From Raillietiella orientalis (taxonomy: Eukaryota), in assembly GCA_036172245.1 (NCBI GenBank), contig JAYWIR010000008.1, positions 744,001-808,000 of the forward strand: a stretch of 64,000 nt of DNA, given 5' to 3'. Position numbers and translations under genes: made by a program. Shown piece after piece: positions 40,445-53,200 of this stretch. The notes beneath the pieces are model-generated. The model worked only from the letters and a program-made list of their open reading frames with translations. It did no database searches and was not told the origin of the DNA. Within the stretch, counting starts at the first letter, position 1; the number at the start of each line of letters is the position of its first letter.

Positions 40445-43400
40445 TCAGTCAAAGTCTTCTAATGGCGCATCCCAGTCGCGGTAACTGCGAATTTCACGAC
40501 GAATCCGATTGGCAAAGGCAACAGCACTGTTGGTACTTGGCGTCCTATAAGGGGGAGGCACATGTAAGGAGAACGCAACGGCTGCATATGCTAATGAGGA
40601 GCACACTCAGCACCCCTATAAGAATGCTGTGTGCTTCCTATTAAAAACCCTCTAGAAGTATTCATTGTCCTCATAATGGTCCAGATCGTGGTATCCAATC
40701 ACTTCCCTATGCTCTTGACCATAACCACTGAAAGTGCTGTGCGCCCTTTTCACACCAAGATACCATCCAACCCATTACTAACCTTGATCGACTGTAGCGC
40801 ATGTTTGTTGTGCCACGTTGGTACACATCTCTCGGAGAAAAGCTGTCTCTGCCATAAGAGCTGTTGACCATATTGTAACTATAGTTAGAGGAATATAATG
40901 CAGTACGGTTATAGGTGTTATATCTGCCACAGTTCAGGTGCATACTAGTAAACATGATTGTACTTACTGGCCATAAGCTGATGCTGCAGGTCCATACTCT
41001 GCGGAGAGCCGAGATTCACTGCTTGTGCGTACAGATGCACGTGAGGAGGGATGTTCAGCCAACTGCGGTCTCTTTGGATCTTTCAGATAGTTGTTGAAAT
41101 ATTCCACCTGCAAAGCACAAATGTAACATAAAAACGAAACACGGGTAAAAATGACCTCTTTCTTCACTTCCTCCACTTTTTCTGAATGCTTGTTAAAAAT
41201 ATGCTTGCGCACGAATTCGGGCCCTTTGAATTTTTTACCAGATAAAGGACATAGCCATTTATCTTTAGCCAACTCTTGTGTGTTGGCCTGTATAAATTTT
41301 TCCACCTCTCTGTAAAACACTAGCAATCAAAACTCCCTCTGCTGACCTAAGAACTTACATCTCTGCATCTTTGAGACCCAACTTTAGTGCCTCTTCATTA
41401 CTTAAAGGAGTGGGGGGATTTAGAAAAGGCTGCAACTTCTTTTCAAACAACTGTATGTAATCAGTTATCTCCTCTTGCGTGATTCGTGATGATGGAGGAA
41501 TGCCACGTGCATGCATGATGCCACAACGATTTGGCATCTCATCTTCATGTGGATATTCACTATGATTGTAATAATCTACCGAATGTACAACACGTAGATA
41601 AAGGAGCAATTTATCAAGAACTTTGATTAACGCTTCATCGCGTTCAAGTATCTCCCCAGTTGCAACTGCTGATTCACCAGTGCTATCATTGAGATTGCTA
41701 GTTCCCAGAAGTTCTTCCTCTTCAGCCGAGGCTTCCTCAATAAGATAATCAGTAATATTTTTTAATAAAGGGTTAGCAGATTCTAACAAAAATGCCTACA
41801 CGAGCTTATAATCTTCACTAATAATTTTTCTCACCTCTTTCGTTGCATGAGAGGAAAGTTGGTTTTCTGCAGAATCTGTTCCTTGCCACAAACCATACTT
41901 CTGGTCCAGATTTTGGATGATGCGCGTCGCCATTCTGATGTCTTGCCTTACAACACTCTTGTGTGATGTAATTCCACTAACAGTACGAATGCGCCGATTC
42001 AAATCTCTATTCACTATTGCACCCAGCTCACAATCCCTCAACTTGCAGCAGCAAATGATGTTCGCTTTCAAAGTTGCTACTTACTCGGATGTTATTCAGA
42101 TTCCAGCAGATTTCTTTTATGTTGACACCTCTTTCAAAAGTGACCCACCCTCGTCGGAACCATCGGCGTTCAGGTTGAGGATCTGCTATTGCTGCTCTCA
42201 AAAACCCGGGATAGCGCTTGCACATCTACAAGATTTAGTTGGATGCAAATGAACTTGTTAAAAGGGAAGGTTGCAAACTTACAGCTTCGACTTCTTGCTT
42301 TGTGATGGTAGGTGCCAAGTTACGCAAGAAAATGGAAGCTGTCCTGTGCAATGGTCTTGGTTGCTCAGTAGTAGTGTCCATTTGGTTGTCAGGTTTTATA
42401 CCTTTTGGTTCATCTCCTTCATAATCTGTTTGAGTTTCCTAATATATTGTTCACTAAACTCAATTCAGAGACCATTTATGCATGACTAACCCCACTCCTG
42501 GGAATGCTTTCCTTTGGTGCCACCTGAAGTTCAGCATCTGATGAAGGTGCTGCTTTGATTCCTGAATGGATAAGTTGCAATTTATTATTAAACTGCAATT
42601 TGAATGCTGACCTGTTATTTCATTTTTTTGCAGATCTTCCTCCTCCACATGATCCCCTAAATGAACAACAACAAATGCTAAATTCAATGAGTACAATAAA
42701 TACCTTGGATTTGGGGTTCATCTTCAGCACTGTCTTCACTGCTGCTAGTTTTGGCTTCAAAATCTCTCTTCAGCTTCCTGCTGCTGACTTTGGAACACTT
42801 CAAAAGATTCAGCTAAAGCACAGATTTGCACAAACAATTTACCTGTAGCGTGTCTTCAGCATCAGTTTCTGTCACATCAACGTTTGAAGGTGCTGGAGTT
42901 TCCTCATTTTCAGGTTTCAGCTCACTACACTAAATCATAAATCTGCATGCATTCATCCCTTACCTTTTGACGGATTCCAAATCATTGGATTGCTCTTTGC
43001 TTGCAGAATCCAATACCATGAGATCCATATCAGTACCACCTTCCAATTTGATGACAACAGAATCCAGTAACTTGAGCAGAACCTCAGACTGATCTGCATC
43101 AACAGTCAACTGATCCAAGGTTCCATTGTTGTAAAAATCCATGAATACTTCCAATCGTCTCTAAAATGTTACAATTCTTTTCAATTTGCATCCCATCATT
43201 GAATGAGCAAACTACACTGAAATGATGACGCACTTACCTTCAGAGCATTCTCGTGTTCCTCTTTGCGTTTCAAACTGTCTTCTGGGTGGTATTTGATCTT
43301 GAACCTTGAAAAGATAGACAGTATACTTTCAGTTAAATAAATTAAAGTATTGAATTTCCAGCAAACAGTGCTGGTATGCAACAAGAACAGGAAGACTGCC

Positions 43401-46400
43401 TCAAGCAGCCTGCATGGATTGCAAAAGACCATTTACCTCACATCTATGTCGTACATCTCTGCCAAAAATGGGCACGCATGCCCACCCTACTTTATAAAAG
43501 CAGCTGCTAATCTACAGTTCATCATAGAGTTCAGAGTACACTGAGCACAATACAATGATAATCACGTAACAAATGACTCGTAATCACAGCACTAACTCAA
43601 TACAGAAAAAATATGTAATGCGAATCACTAGCTCAAAATGCACAGATTCAAAGATGTCTTGTAAAATAGCTCTGAGGGAAGAATATAAGTAGTGTGGATC
43701 GCCTGTCAATAGAGGTTGCAAGTAGACGGATTTAGCAGATAGATAGCTAACTTTCTTACCATTCTTCCTCTTTATGGGTCAGAAAGAACTCATTCAACTG
43801 TTGTTTTTTGAAGTCCAGTTTATATTCATTGTACTTGCTTATCGCTTCTTCATCAGTGATGTTGTCATCTTGCTGGGCCAAAAAAGACTTAAAGGAGAGC
43901 ATTGGTGGCTGTGTAGGGCCATAATCTTCCTCTCTGAAAATAATTTTTTTTTGTTACTCCTTTAATGTCAATGATTATTACTGGATGCTTGCAAAAGGTT
44001 GAGAAAGTATTAACATTTACATGTTGTGTCTATTTGCTGAAACATTTTGGGTATTCTGAAGGTGATAAGTTCAAGCACAAATACTACATCTGTAAATACA
44101 ACAAGCAAGCAATTTGCAAAAATCACATTTAATTGGTATATAATGCCGATCGTGAAAGATTAGCAGTAAGAAAAGAAATACAACTTGATTTCTACTCGTT
44201 CTAAATCAAGATAAACAGAAATATACCAATACAATGTATTACTTTATAAACAGAAAATCACAAGCCAAAAGAAAATAACCTCTATCAAAGGAAATCATGA
44301 TGAACATCCTTCCTAAAAAATGCAGAAAATCCTCTATAAGCACAAGTTTGAAAAACCCTATTAAACACTTTTCTTTCAGACACATACACGGAAACGTTCA
44401 AATATAGGAATTATTCTTGTATTCCAAAAAACAAAACAAAACAAAAAAAACAAAAAATGAATAGTAACTCCAGGAGATTTTATAAGCAATAAGAAATACT
44501 GAAAAATTCCAAAATCACAGCCGATTGCAGGCATTTACACAGTTTCCTTCGACCTTCTTTTGCGAAAAATTTCTTTGGTTGATCGCAGTACACCCTGGAT
44601 AAAACAAACTCAGAAAATCCTGATTATTTAAGTGACCATTTATTTTACACATTTTTATACTTGTGCTTTATGCAACGATTTGATATAAACATCTAAAACA
44701 AGCTTCATGGAAAGCCCATGATCTAAAAATAATCGAATCATAATGTTCAAAACAAGTATCGCAAAAATCATGTTCCTGCTCTCAAAACAAAAGTGAACTG
44801 CAGGCTGAGATGCAGTTCAAGCCAGTACATTGACTTTTATGAAAACCTGATTTATGCTCCTGATCCAATTACATATAATGCTTGCGAAATAAAAAAAAAG
44901 GGGGGTGTATTAATCGAAAAATGTAAGTACTGTAAACATCATCATGGCAACAGTTACGAATCTAACAAGTTCTAGGATACTGAAAATAAGACTTTTTGCA
45001 AAACGACAATTCCTCGCAGAACTTACAAGCACTCAGAAACGTGTATGAGATCAAACAAGCCTTCTCCATAGATTAATTGTAAAACTCCTATACAAATCTC
45101 AGCAACAGTGCATTTGCATGTAAAAAACTTGTAAAATTTGGTATTTCCACCATGTGCGATCCAGATTTTGGCAGGATCTGTCCAGTAAAAGGCACCATGT
45201 TTTAAAATATGCAGTAGTTCGTAAGACTGAAAACAAGTGCTCATGAAACTATTTCAAGAGGTGGATGCATACAAAGAGATGTCATGACGAAAGTCAAGCA
45301 AAATCCAATTAATTTTCAATTCATTCCAACAAGACTGAAATGAACTAGAAAAGATCACAGCCAAGAACAAGGAGAAATGGTTAACATGGAACTAAAGTTG
45401 TGTACTCAACAACAAAAGAAAATAAAACAAAACTCAATGCAATGCAGTACAATTATTATGCAAAGCTGATGGAAGCATTGCTGACAAACAATTAGGCAAC
45501 TGTTAATTTGATGCACATTAAAGTTACTCGTAGGATTTTTCAGGCACAAATTCCTAATTCACATTCTAAGAAAGATTACCTTTCGCTCTTAATTTTTTAA
45601 TTACTAAATCTCCTAATGCTAGTGGAAAATACATTTGAGTTTCAAACCCTTAATAAGTTTCAAAAGACAGCAAATAAACTGACTTGATAAAAATCATTTC
45701 GCCAAAATAAAAATACACTTACAAGCCACTACTTACATCCTTCTTTCAAAACAAAACTGGCCTAGGAGAAACACTCTATACAACAAATATTTATTGACAC
45801 TGATGCAATTTAGTTTTAAGCAGAAAATAAATAATCCTACATTAATTCTATCATCTCAAATAGCAAATGTAACACTAAACTAACATGAGGGTCGTGGTAT
45901 ACTTTCATGGAAATATTCATGTATTAAAACAAGGTAACGCTACTTATAGCAAAAAAACAAAAATTAAATGAAACCATAACCTGCTAACACTTTACAAGTT
46001 TTCCAGCTATGATTTTTTAACTCTAAATTCCTTTCAGTATAAGTAAATGACCTGGAGTTACTGAAGTAACTTTTTTTTTTTGTCATTATAGTTTGATCAT
46101 TTTATCTTTATTAAAAACACTCGTACAAATGTATACATAAATAAATAATATTGCTTTAGTTCTTAAAGATGTGATTAACTAATTCGATGTCATTTACTAA
46201 TAGCTGGCTTCACAAAATATGATGCATGAATATCTTGAGAAAATGAATACAGCTATGTATCCAAATTACAAACACAACTACATGCTACTCATGAATTAAA
46301 ATCAAATAAAACTGCATCCATGGTGAAATCCTTTTGTGATTCATAAATATATTTAATATCTTATATATGTTATCCAACACATGTAGATACTTGTAAAATT

Positions 46401-49400
46401 CATTACTTACTTCATGGATTTAATTTAACTTTGTAGAGTCTGAGATAATGATTTACACTTCAGAATTCTTTAAATGATGCCGTTCATTCAAAAAATATCA
46501 CAAAATTCTAAAACTTGCAATTACTAACCTTGGAATTACTTACACTATTGACACAAATGAAAACACCCCATTCAAAAAAAAAATCCGCTCTACCAAACAA
46601 CTACATTGAAAAACTTGTACTATTTTTCCATTCTTCAAGAAATTCAGCATTCTTCAAGATATTCAGGTTTGCTCACCTTAATAGGTGTTTACAAACCTGC
46701 ATGTGAAAAAGGATGCATGCAATTTTATTTGATTTTAATTCATAAGTAGCATGAAGTTGTGTTTGTAGTTCTGGATGCATAGCTGTATTCATGTTTTCAA
46801 GATATTCATGTGTCAAACCTGTGTGCGAAAATTCAAAGACTAAACAAAATATTACTAAAGCTAACAACCATAGTGAAGGAAAATTTACATAATATAATAG
46901 CTGGAATTTTCCTAAATACTCAGAATATATTATAAATAAATATCTTATTCTATTATCAAACAAATGTAATGACCAAACAAATGTAATGACTTGATGCAGA
47001 GCACATTGGATGTCCAAAAAGAAAAAAGAGCAGTATATATGTGTGTAATGTTAGGATTTCATATACTTCATGAAATCTGAGGAACTCAGTGAGCAAATCA
47101 TGTATAATTATTAAGATGCATATTGAGAAATCAGTCAGTTTACAAAAAAAACTAGACAACTTATTAGCTAGCATACCTGTTGGTATAGTTAGATCCGTAT
47201 GTAACAGCAGGAGAAGCACTGCATGGATATGATGAATATGCATCTGATGCATATGAGGAATATCCACTGTAGGAGTTATCTGCATAGGCATATCTTTTTT
47301 CCTCCCTAAATAACAGTTACAATAGTTACTACGCCATCTGGTTTCAATTACCAATCATTGCGGACTCTTTTCACAGGAGGGCTAAATTCATGTGTTCGTC
47401 TCGGACTATATGCCCTATCTCTTGCAGTATTTCGATAATCTCGGGCCCCCAAGGCTCCATAATCTCCTCTTCTCGACTGGTTCCACGTGTCACTTCTGTC
47501 ACCTCTACCTCGCCCAGCATAATTTAGGGAAGGAGTTTTCCCACCTCTAAGAAACAAAACAAAAAAGAATTCTTGATAAAAATCTGGGATGCCAGATACT
47601 GTCACCTAAATTTGATTTTGAAATAAACGTGTACTTAATTTTCGTAAAAAAAATTTAAAATCATGCACCAAACAAGAAATTTAAATCACAATCTGAAAAT
47701 AAGTGCTAATGATGAAATGATCTCTATCATTTTTGTTACCATGAGCTACATCTAGACTTATTATTTATGAAAAATAAAAATATCGCACCAAAACTATTGA
47801 AATTAAACGTGTCACATCATTCATTGAATTCGATAATCTTTTACTTTTTATTGCAACTTATAATACTGTAAGTCTTCCACTACAGCATCCTCAAAAAACT
47901 GCATTTCCAAACACTGCAAATTTACGTCTTCTTGAGAATTCCCAAATTCTCATAGAAGTTTTTAAAATCCAATCTATACGTTGAGAAGAAAGCCCTTGGT
48001 CCATTTTCATGAAACACTTTACTTAGAGTTTATTTTCACAAAACAAGATTTTTGGAACACAATTTCAAAACTTAATCCTCACTGATGACAGTAATACAAT
48101 TTTCTGTTGATATATATTTCAAAGAAATGCCTAAAGTAAATCCAAAACCAGTGAATAAACATCTGTATACTTATGTCAAACACCTTTAAAGAGATAAAGA
48201 ACTAAAATTATGCAGTATGCCAAGTAATAACTAACAAACTAACAAACAGATTCAATAACATGGTAACATCAAACAGAGATGGATATTCATAAATATTTAG
48301 CTGCATTGCTGCAGTTCTGTAAAACAAAATTAGAGAGTCTGCAAATTAGAGAATTAAAAATACAATTATTTGTTTTTGGTTATAGAAACTCCTTGAAAAT
48401 CTCAAACGCATACTTCTCTTTCTACTGGAATTCCAGATTAATTCTTCATATGAGAATTCAGAAACTTTATGACAAACTGTTGTAAAAAAAAATTATGAAC
48501 ATAAAGGATGATGATCTCAATCATGCCTACTTTTTTTTATTGCTATTTATTCTACAAGCAACTTTATCTTGCGTACTTTTATTATTTTTACTCATTATAA
48601 TATTTTAAAACTGTTTTGATTTTACTTAAGCCTGTCCTGCAGTCATGCTTTTGGTTTAAGACAAGTATTTATGTAAAATTTGAATTTTAAATTCATATGT
48701 GCACATGAATGTAAAATTTGATCAATGTACACTCTAGAAAGTTATAAAATGATCTTCAACGAAAAAATTTCTAAAAGAGGAAACTTACACTCCAAAATTG
48801 ATTACTTTATTGCAGATGTGGAAAAAATGAACATTCACTAAAATACTTTTTGGGAAATTCAAAATACTTTGCTACTGATTCTAAAATACCTTTTTCAAAT
48901 TAAAAGTAGAAAAGATAATGGCATTACTTCAATGGAGACTAACAGAAAATATACGCTTCTTCATTTTTTCTCAATTACATATTACATGAAACCTTTCCAT
49001 TTCCTTCAATAAGATATTACAGTAAAATAGAACGTAAAGCATTCTAATTACGGTAAATACCACAAAAACACCTGATAAGATCTGAATAGAAATTATCCAC
49101 CATACTGCATTTTAAAAAGAAATTTTCACATTGCAGAAAAGTCATTAACTTTTTTAACCTCATGAACATTGAGACAGAGACATTAACACCAACGATATTC
49201 CAATTTTTTTCAGATCTCACAACAAAACAACGGACATAATCAACGTTACTGATAATTTATAAAATAACCACTTATATTGTCTTTATACCCTGATACTGTG
49301 TTATATAAATAAATTTTGCGAAAATCAATCACTAATAAAATACAGAACAAAGCAAAAACGTATACTTATGTGATTTTCAACATAAATGTGCCAAAAAAAA

Positions 49401-49563
49401 CGCAAAAGAAGGTAGATTTCTCACATAACGTATACCTGTCACTCCATTCATCACTCCTTCTTTGAGAACGATCATCCCTTCGCTCGGGCTGATAATCGCT
49501 TCGCTCTTTTCTGAATTTTTCTCTGCTTCGTCTTCTATCGTACTCATCATCACTATCACCCAT
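40445..49563 (-). CDS. Ars2: Serrate RNA effector / arsenite-resistance protein 2, isoform with the distal last exon, 18 coding exons, ~885 aa
   Basis: Manual complement join of 49436..49563, 47352..47546, 47177..47305, 43760..43933, 43238..43304, 42964..43160, 42843..42924, 42704..42797 (or ..42812), 42612..42656, 42491..42561, 42283..42438, 42085..42225, 41835..42041, 41359..41795, 41156..41309, 40968..41107, 40783..40923, 40445..40544 = 2658 nt in frame. Hallmarks: [12 protein letters not shown] start, [40 protein letters not shown] ([15 protein letters not shown]...WFRRGWVTF...[15 protein letters not shown]), [13 protein letters not shown]...[15 protein letters not shown], zinc finger [26 protein letters not shown]-terminal YRDWDAP. 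Confidence 0.95.
40652..40736 (-). CDS. Ars2: Alternative (proximal) last coding exon of Ars2, encoding [28 protein letters not shown]
   Basis: In frame with the phase-2 donor AG|GTTAGT at 40783/40782. In-frame acceptors give introns of 37, 46 (CAG, exon start 40736) or 55 nt (TTTCAG, exon start 40727). The exon ends in TAG at 40652-40654, and the peptide carries an ARS2-type R-x4-Y-x-DLD motif plus a terminal Phe. Confidence 0.8.
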
Positions 49564-50198
49564 TAATGCAATATCACAAGATACTACTGATCATGTAACT
49601 GCTGATTTACAATAAGAAACATTAATTTTTAATGGACATATAAATATAATAAAACTTCAAATATGCTATGCAATATAAGAGCTATTTCCGCTTGATCCTT
49701 CAAATTATTATACAGTAAATACAATGTTACAAACACATTTCAAACAAAATTTCAAGAAAATTTCACTCTCATGCTGTTTAATTCATGGAAACAGTGACAT
49801 CTATAATGAAGGTAACATGCTTGGTAAGACTTACAACTCAAATAACTTAAACCGACAAAGTAATTTCATGGATTTCCTCAATACAAAACTGGCAAATCCA
49901 ACGTGCACTCTAAACAATACTCGTTTGGAATAACTCAAAACAGAATAATTAATTCTAAACATATAAAAATAAATGCTAGAAATGTGAGGAACTAATCTGG
50001 GTTAACTAATTGTTCTATGTCAAAATAAAAGCATTACTATTTTCTTAATCATACTACCCACACACTACTTTCTCCACTCCAACTACACCGACGGCATCAT
50101 ACAGCCAATGTGAGCAGCAATGCCACAACAATATTAGCGTATTATATAGTTGCCTCTAATTTTAAATACTTCACTTGAGTTTTAAATTCGAAAAAACT

Positions 50199-50260
50199 AC
50201 TTACCCAAGTGTATATGATTAATAAAAAATATTTACAAGTCAAAGTCATTCGCAATAAAT
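50199..50260 (-). other. Probable 3' end of a non-coding first exon of Ars2 (5' UTR intron donor)
   Basis: Minus-strand TGG|GTAAGT donor at ~50205/50204, and a CAGCAG acceptor ~35 nt upstream of the ATG (~49599). The exon's 5' end is unknown, so the upper coordinate is a placeholder. Confidence 0.4.
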
Positions 50261-53200
50261 TCATATATGCATTATTGTATCAAATAATCCAAATTATATT
50301 TATCGTAATGATGGATGCATATTGTATGCTTAAAGATAAAATGAAAATATTTTATTTTTCTTCAACAAAATGAAATGATCATTTACAATAAATGTATATG
50401 AACAAAATTACAGATAATACTGTTAAACTGAAGTCACAATATGTCGTATGCAATTCAGGATATTTACTTTGTAGGGCACGGGATACTTTCTAAGAAAAGT
50501 TTTCCAGCTAGTTACTGTTAAGTAACCAAAATTCTGAGGCTAAAAATGAGTTGAAGTACTTATCAGTAGTTTTGAATCATGAAAATGCAAGAATCATATC
50601 GATTTAAGGATTTATCGAAATTCTATCTAATACTCTAATTAGCATTCACATCTTCCTGAAGATGTCAGTATTCACAAAGAAAAGATATCGGATCCTCCTT
50701 AATTTTCGAGTATTACCGGTTTCTACACTCATGCTGGTTCGATTGTAAATATGAACTTTCTAGGTAAATACCAAATACAAAGTCCAATAGCAGTGTACAT
50801 AGGTGGACAATATTAAAAATATCTAAACAAAAGAGAATCACTTGCCACGAAATCATGTCATAGTTCTGTGACGAGTAAGAAATTTCATATGAATGTATTC
50901 CGTTTTCTAATTAATTTCACGGATTTTTCGGTTACTACCCATCATAAAAATACAATACAGTTTTTAGTGAACTGTAACTTACATTAAGGTACTATTGTTA
51001 CTCTTGAAATTCTCATGGTATCGCTTTTTTCGTTAAGAAAAGATTTACGAATAGCTCGACTCCTAGTGAACAGATTAAAACAAGTCAAGCAGCGTGTATA
51101 AAGCAAGTTACAAGAAATCAAAGACTTGCACAATATTATGATTAAAATAATATATGCATATTTGTGATCAAAGTAATATAGAAGATTAATGTAGCAAAGA
51201 ATAAGAATGTTTCCTCAGTAAGCATCTGCTGTACAAAGCCAAAGCAATCGACGTAAAAAGCTTCATGAAAGTTTTCACCGGTGTAAACAAAGCAGAGGTT
51301 TTCTAAATTATAAAATTGAGGAATACATGAAAGGTAATTAAGCACAAAGGGTTTGTCACTTCTATGATCACCAAATTGAATTGTTTAGAAATAAATTCTG
51401 TATAAATGATTACTGCTTAAAATTATACTTACTTGAATGCACATGCATTTACTGCATAATAATCCTAAATGATGCTCTACCATCCTAAAACATGTTACAA
51501 ATATCTTAAAACAAGAGAAAAAAAAAAAAACAAGAGAATTATAATCGTTTTTTTCAAGCTCACAAAAAGTTCCAAAGATCAATCTCGTATTTTTTTTTAA
51601 TGTACCAAAATATCTCTTTTATTCATCCCTAATAAAAGAAAAAAGGCATTTATTAAATTCATTCAGGAATCAACAAGAATTTTGGAAATATAAAAGAATC
51701 CTTACATTCTAGTCAATTAGTGGGTTTAAGATGAGAATACCTGATTCCCAAACACCTCATGAAAATGAACTATGTATGCTCATCGCCAGTTACCCAGTTA
51801 CTTTCCTGTAATTTGTTTATAAGTAAGCAAAAATTTGTTTTTTTCCCGAAGACTATTTTGAGGTTCTTTAAAATTCATGAGTGCGTCAAGGCAAGAAAAG
51901 CTGGTTCTAGTTTGAGACTTATTTTGAAGCTGTAAGAAAACGACTATCATCTTCGTATATAGCCATACATTGTAGTGCCAAATCATAATTCGCCTTTAAA
52001 TTGGTTTATTAATTGGAATTTTCTATTGATACGTTATTTTCACGAATGCTTCAGAAACTTAAACAAAAATTTTCAATCAGAAAAGAATGCAGAATTTAAA
52101 TTTTCAAACTTTGTTATGCCTTTGAATTCCAAAAGTTTTCGATCCGTTTTACTCAAACTAAACTCAGAACGCCCTAATCAATTCTCAGAAATCAGTATTC
52201 CTTATTAACTGATATCCATGAAATATATCATTTATTTTGAGAAACAGCATCAACATTAACATTTTGAATAATTTCTCGATTGCGGAGGGGATAGACTTCT
52301 CCCAGAAACCTGACGGCTGTTGCCTTTAGATGCACATTTCTCCCCATTCGTCTTCGACTTCAGAAATCAGTTTCATGTATTCAGTGACATTTGTCCAAGT
52401 GCTCTTCCGTATCGACAAGTTTTCTGTTCTGGAGGCTTAAAAATTCTACTGCGTTTCACACATGGCAACTTTGAAACATTTCTTTCTCAGTGTTTCTAGT
52501 ATGTATATATTTTTTTGGTAGATTGTTTTCAGGTCGACGTGTCATTTTCACCTAAATTACAGCATTTCGCGTCTTCTAAATGAGAGTTTTTAGCGAAAGG
52601 ATAAATAATGCTGCGGGAAAACGCGTGTGAATTTCTACTAATTGTAAAAATATTGATGGAAAGTACGTTTAGTGTAACTTTTGAAATACAAATCAAGTGG
52701 GATATCTTGAAATGACAGCAACATTCAGAACTTGAAACGCCGCTGAATCCTGGATACATGGATGGTGATGCTTAAGAAGATTATGTGCACACCTTGAAGG
52801 AATTAAGTTACAAGTTAAAATGGGAAAATGGTTTCATAAAGAACTTATCATCAGGCGAATTTTGGCTGATCAGGAAACCATTGTGGACTATAAGTACGGT
52901 GCAAGAAATTGGAACAATGATCAGGGAACTTGTGTGATTTACAAGTTTGTTAGCATAGGAAGATTCATAGAAACCGTGTGCTGAAAGAAAGCATGTGTGC
53001 TGCTTAACGATCCAATCCATGCTTCTGTTTGCAGGTATGGTATTTGTAAACACAGGTTTAGATGTCAGACAAAATTTCCCATCTCTTTGCAAGTGTTCTC
53101 GATCTCTCGAAGGTTACAATATCCATACATAGGGTAATACAATGCAGTTCGGTATTTGTAGAATAATTTGTTTTTTAAATGCTTCTATTTGGAAAGGCTG

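Noticed and set aside
43437..43530. ATGATGA box C-like motif in the Ars2 intron (possible C/D snoRNA)
   Set aside because: No appropriately spaced CTGA box D with a terminal stem; the region is better explained as an alternative exon.
47547..47605. GTG-initiated N-terminal extension of Ars2 exon 2 in the ORF track
   Set aside because: It runs through the polypyrimidine tract, and using the upstream AG in phase 2 gives an immediate TGA.
52812..52937. Peptide WENGFIKNLSSGEFWL resembling the fibrinogen-domain GFG.L.GEFWLG motif
   Set aside because: It lacks the conserved glycines, the frame is short and no other FReD exons are nearby.
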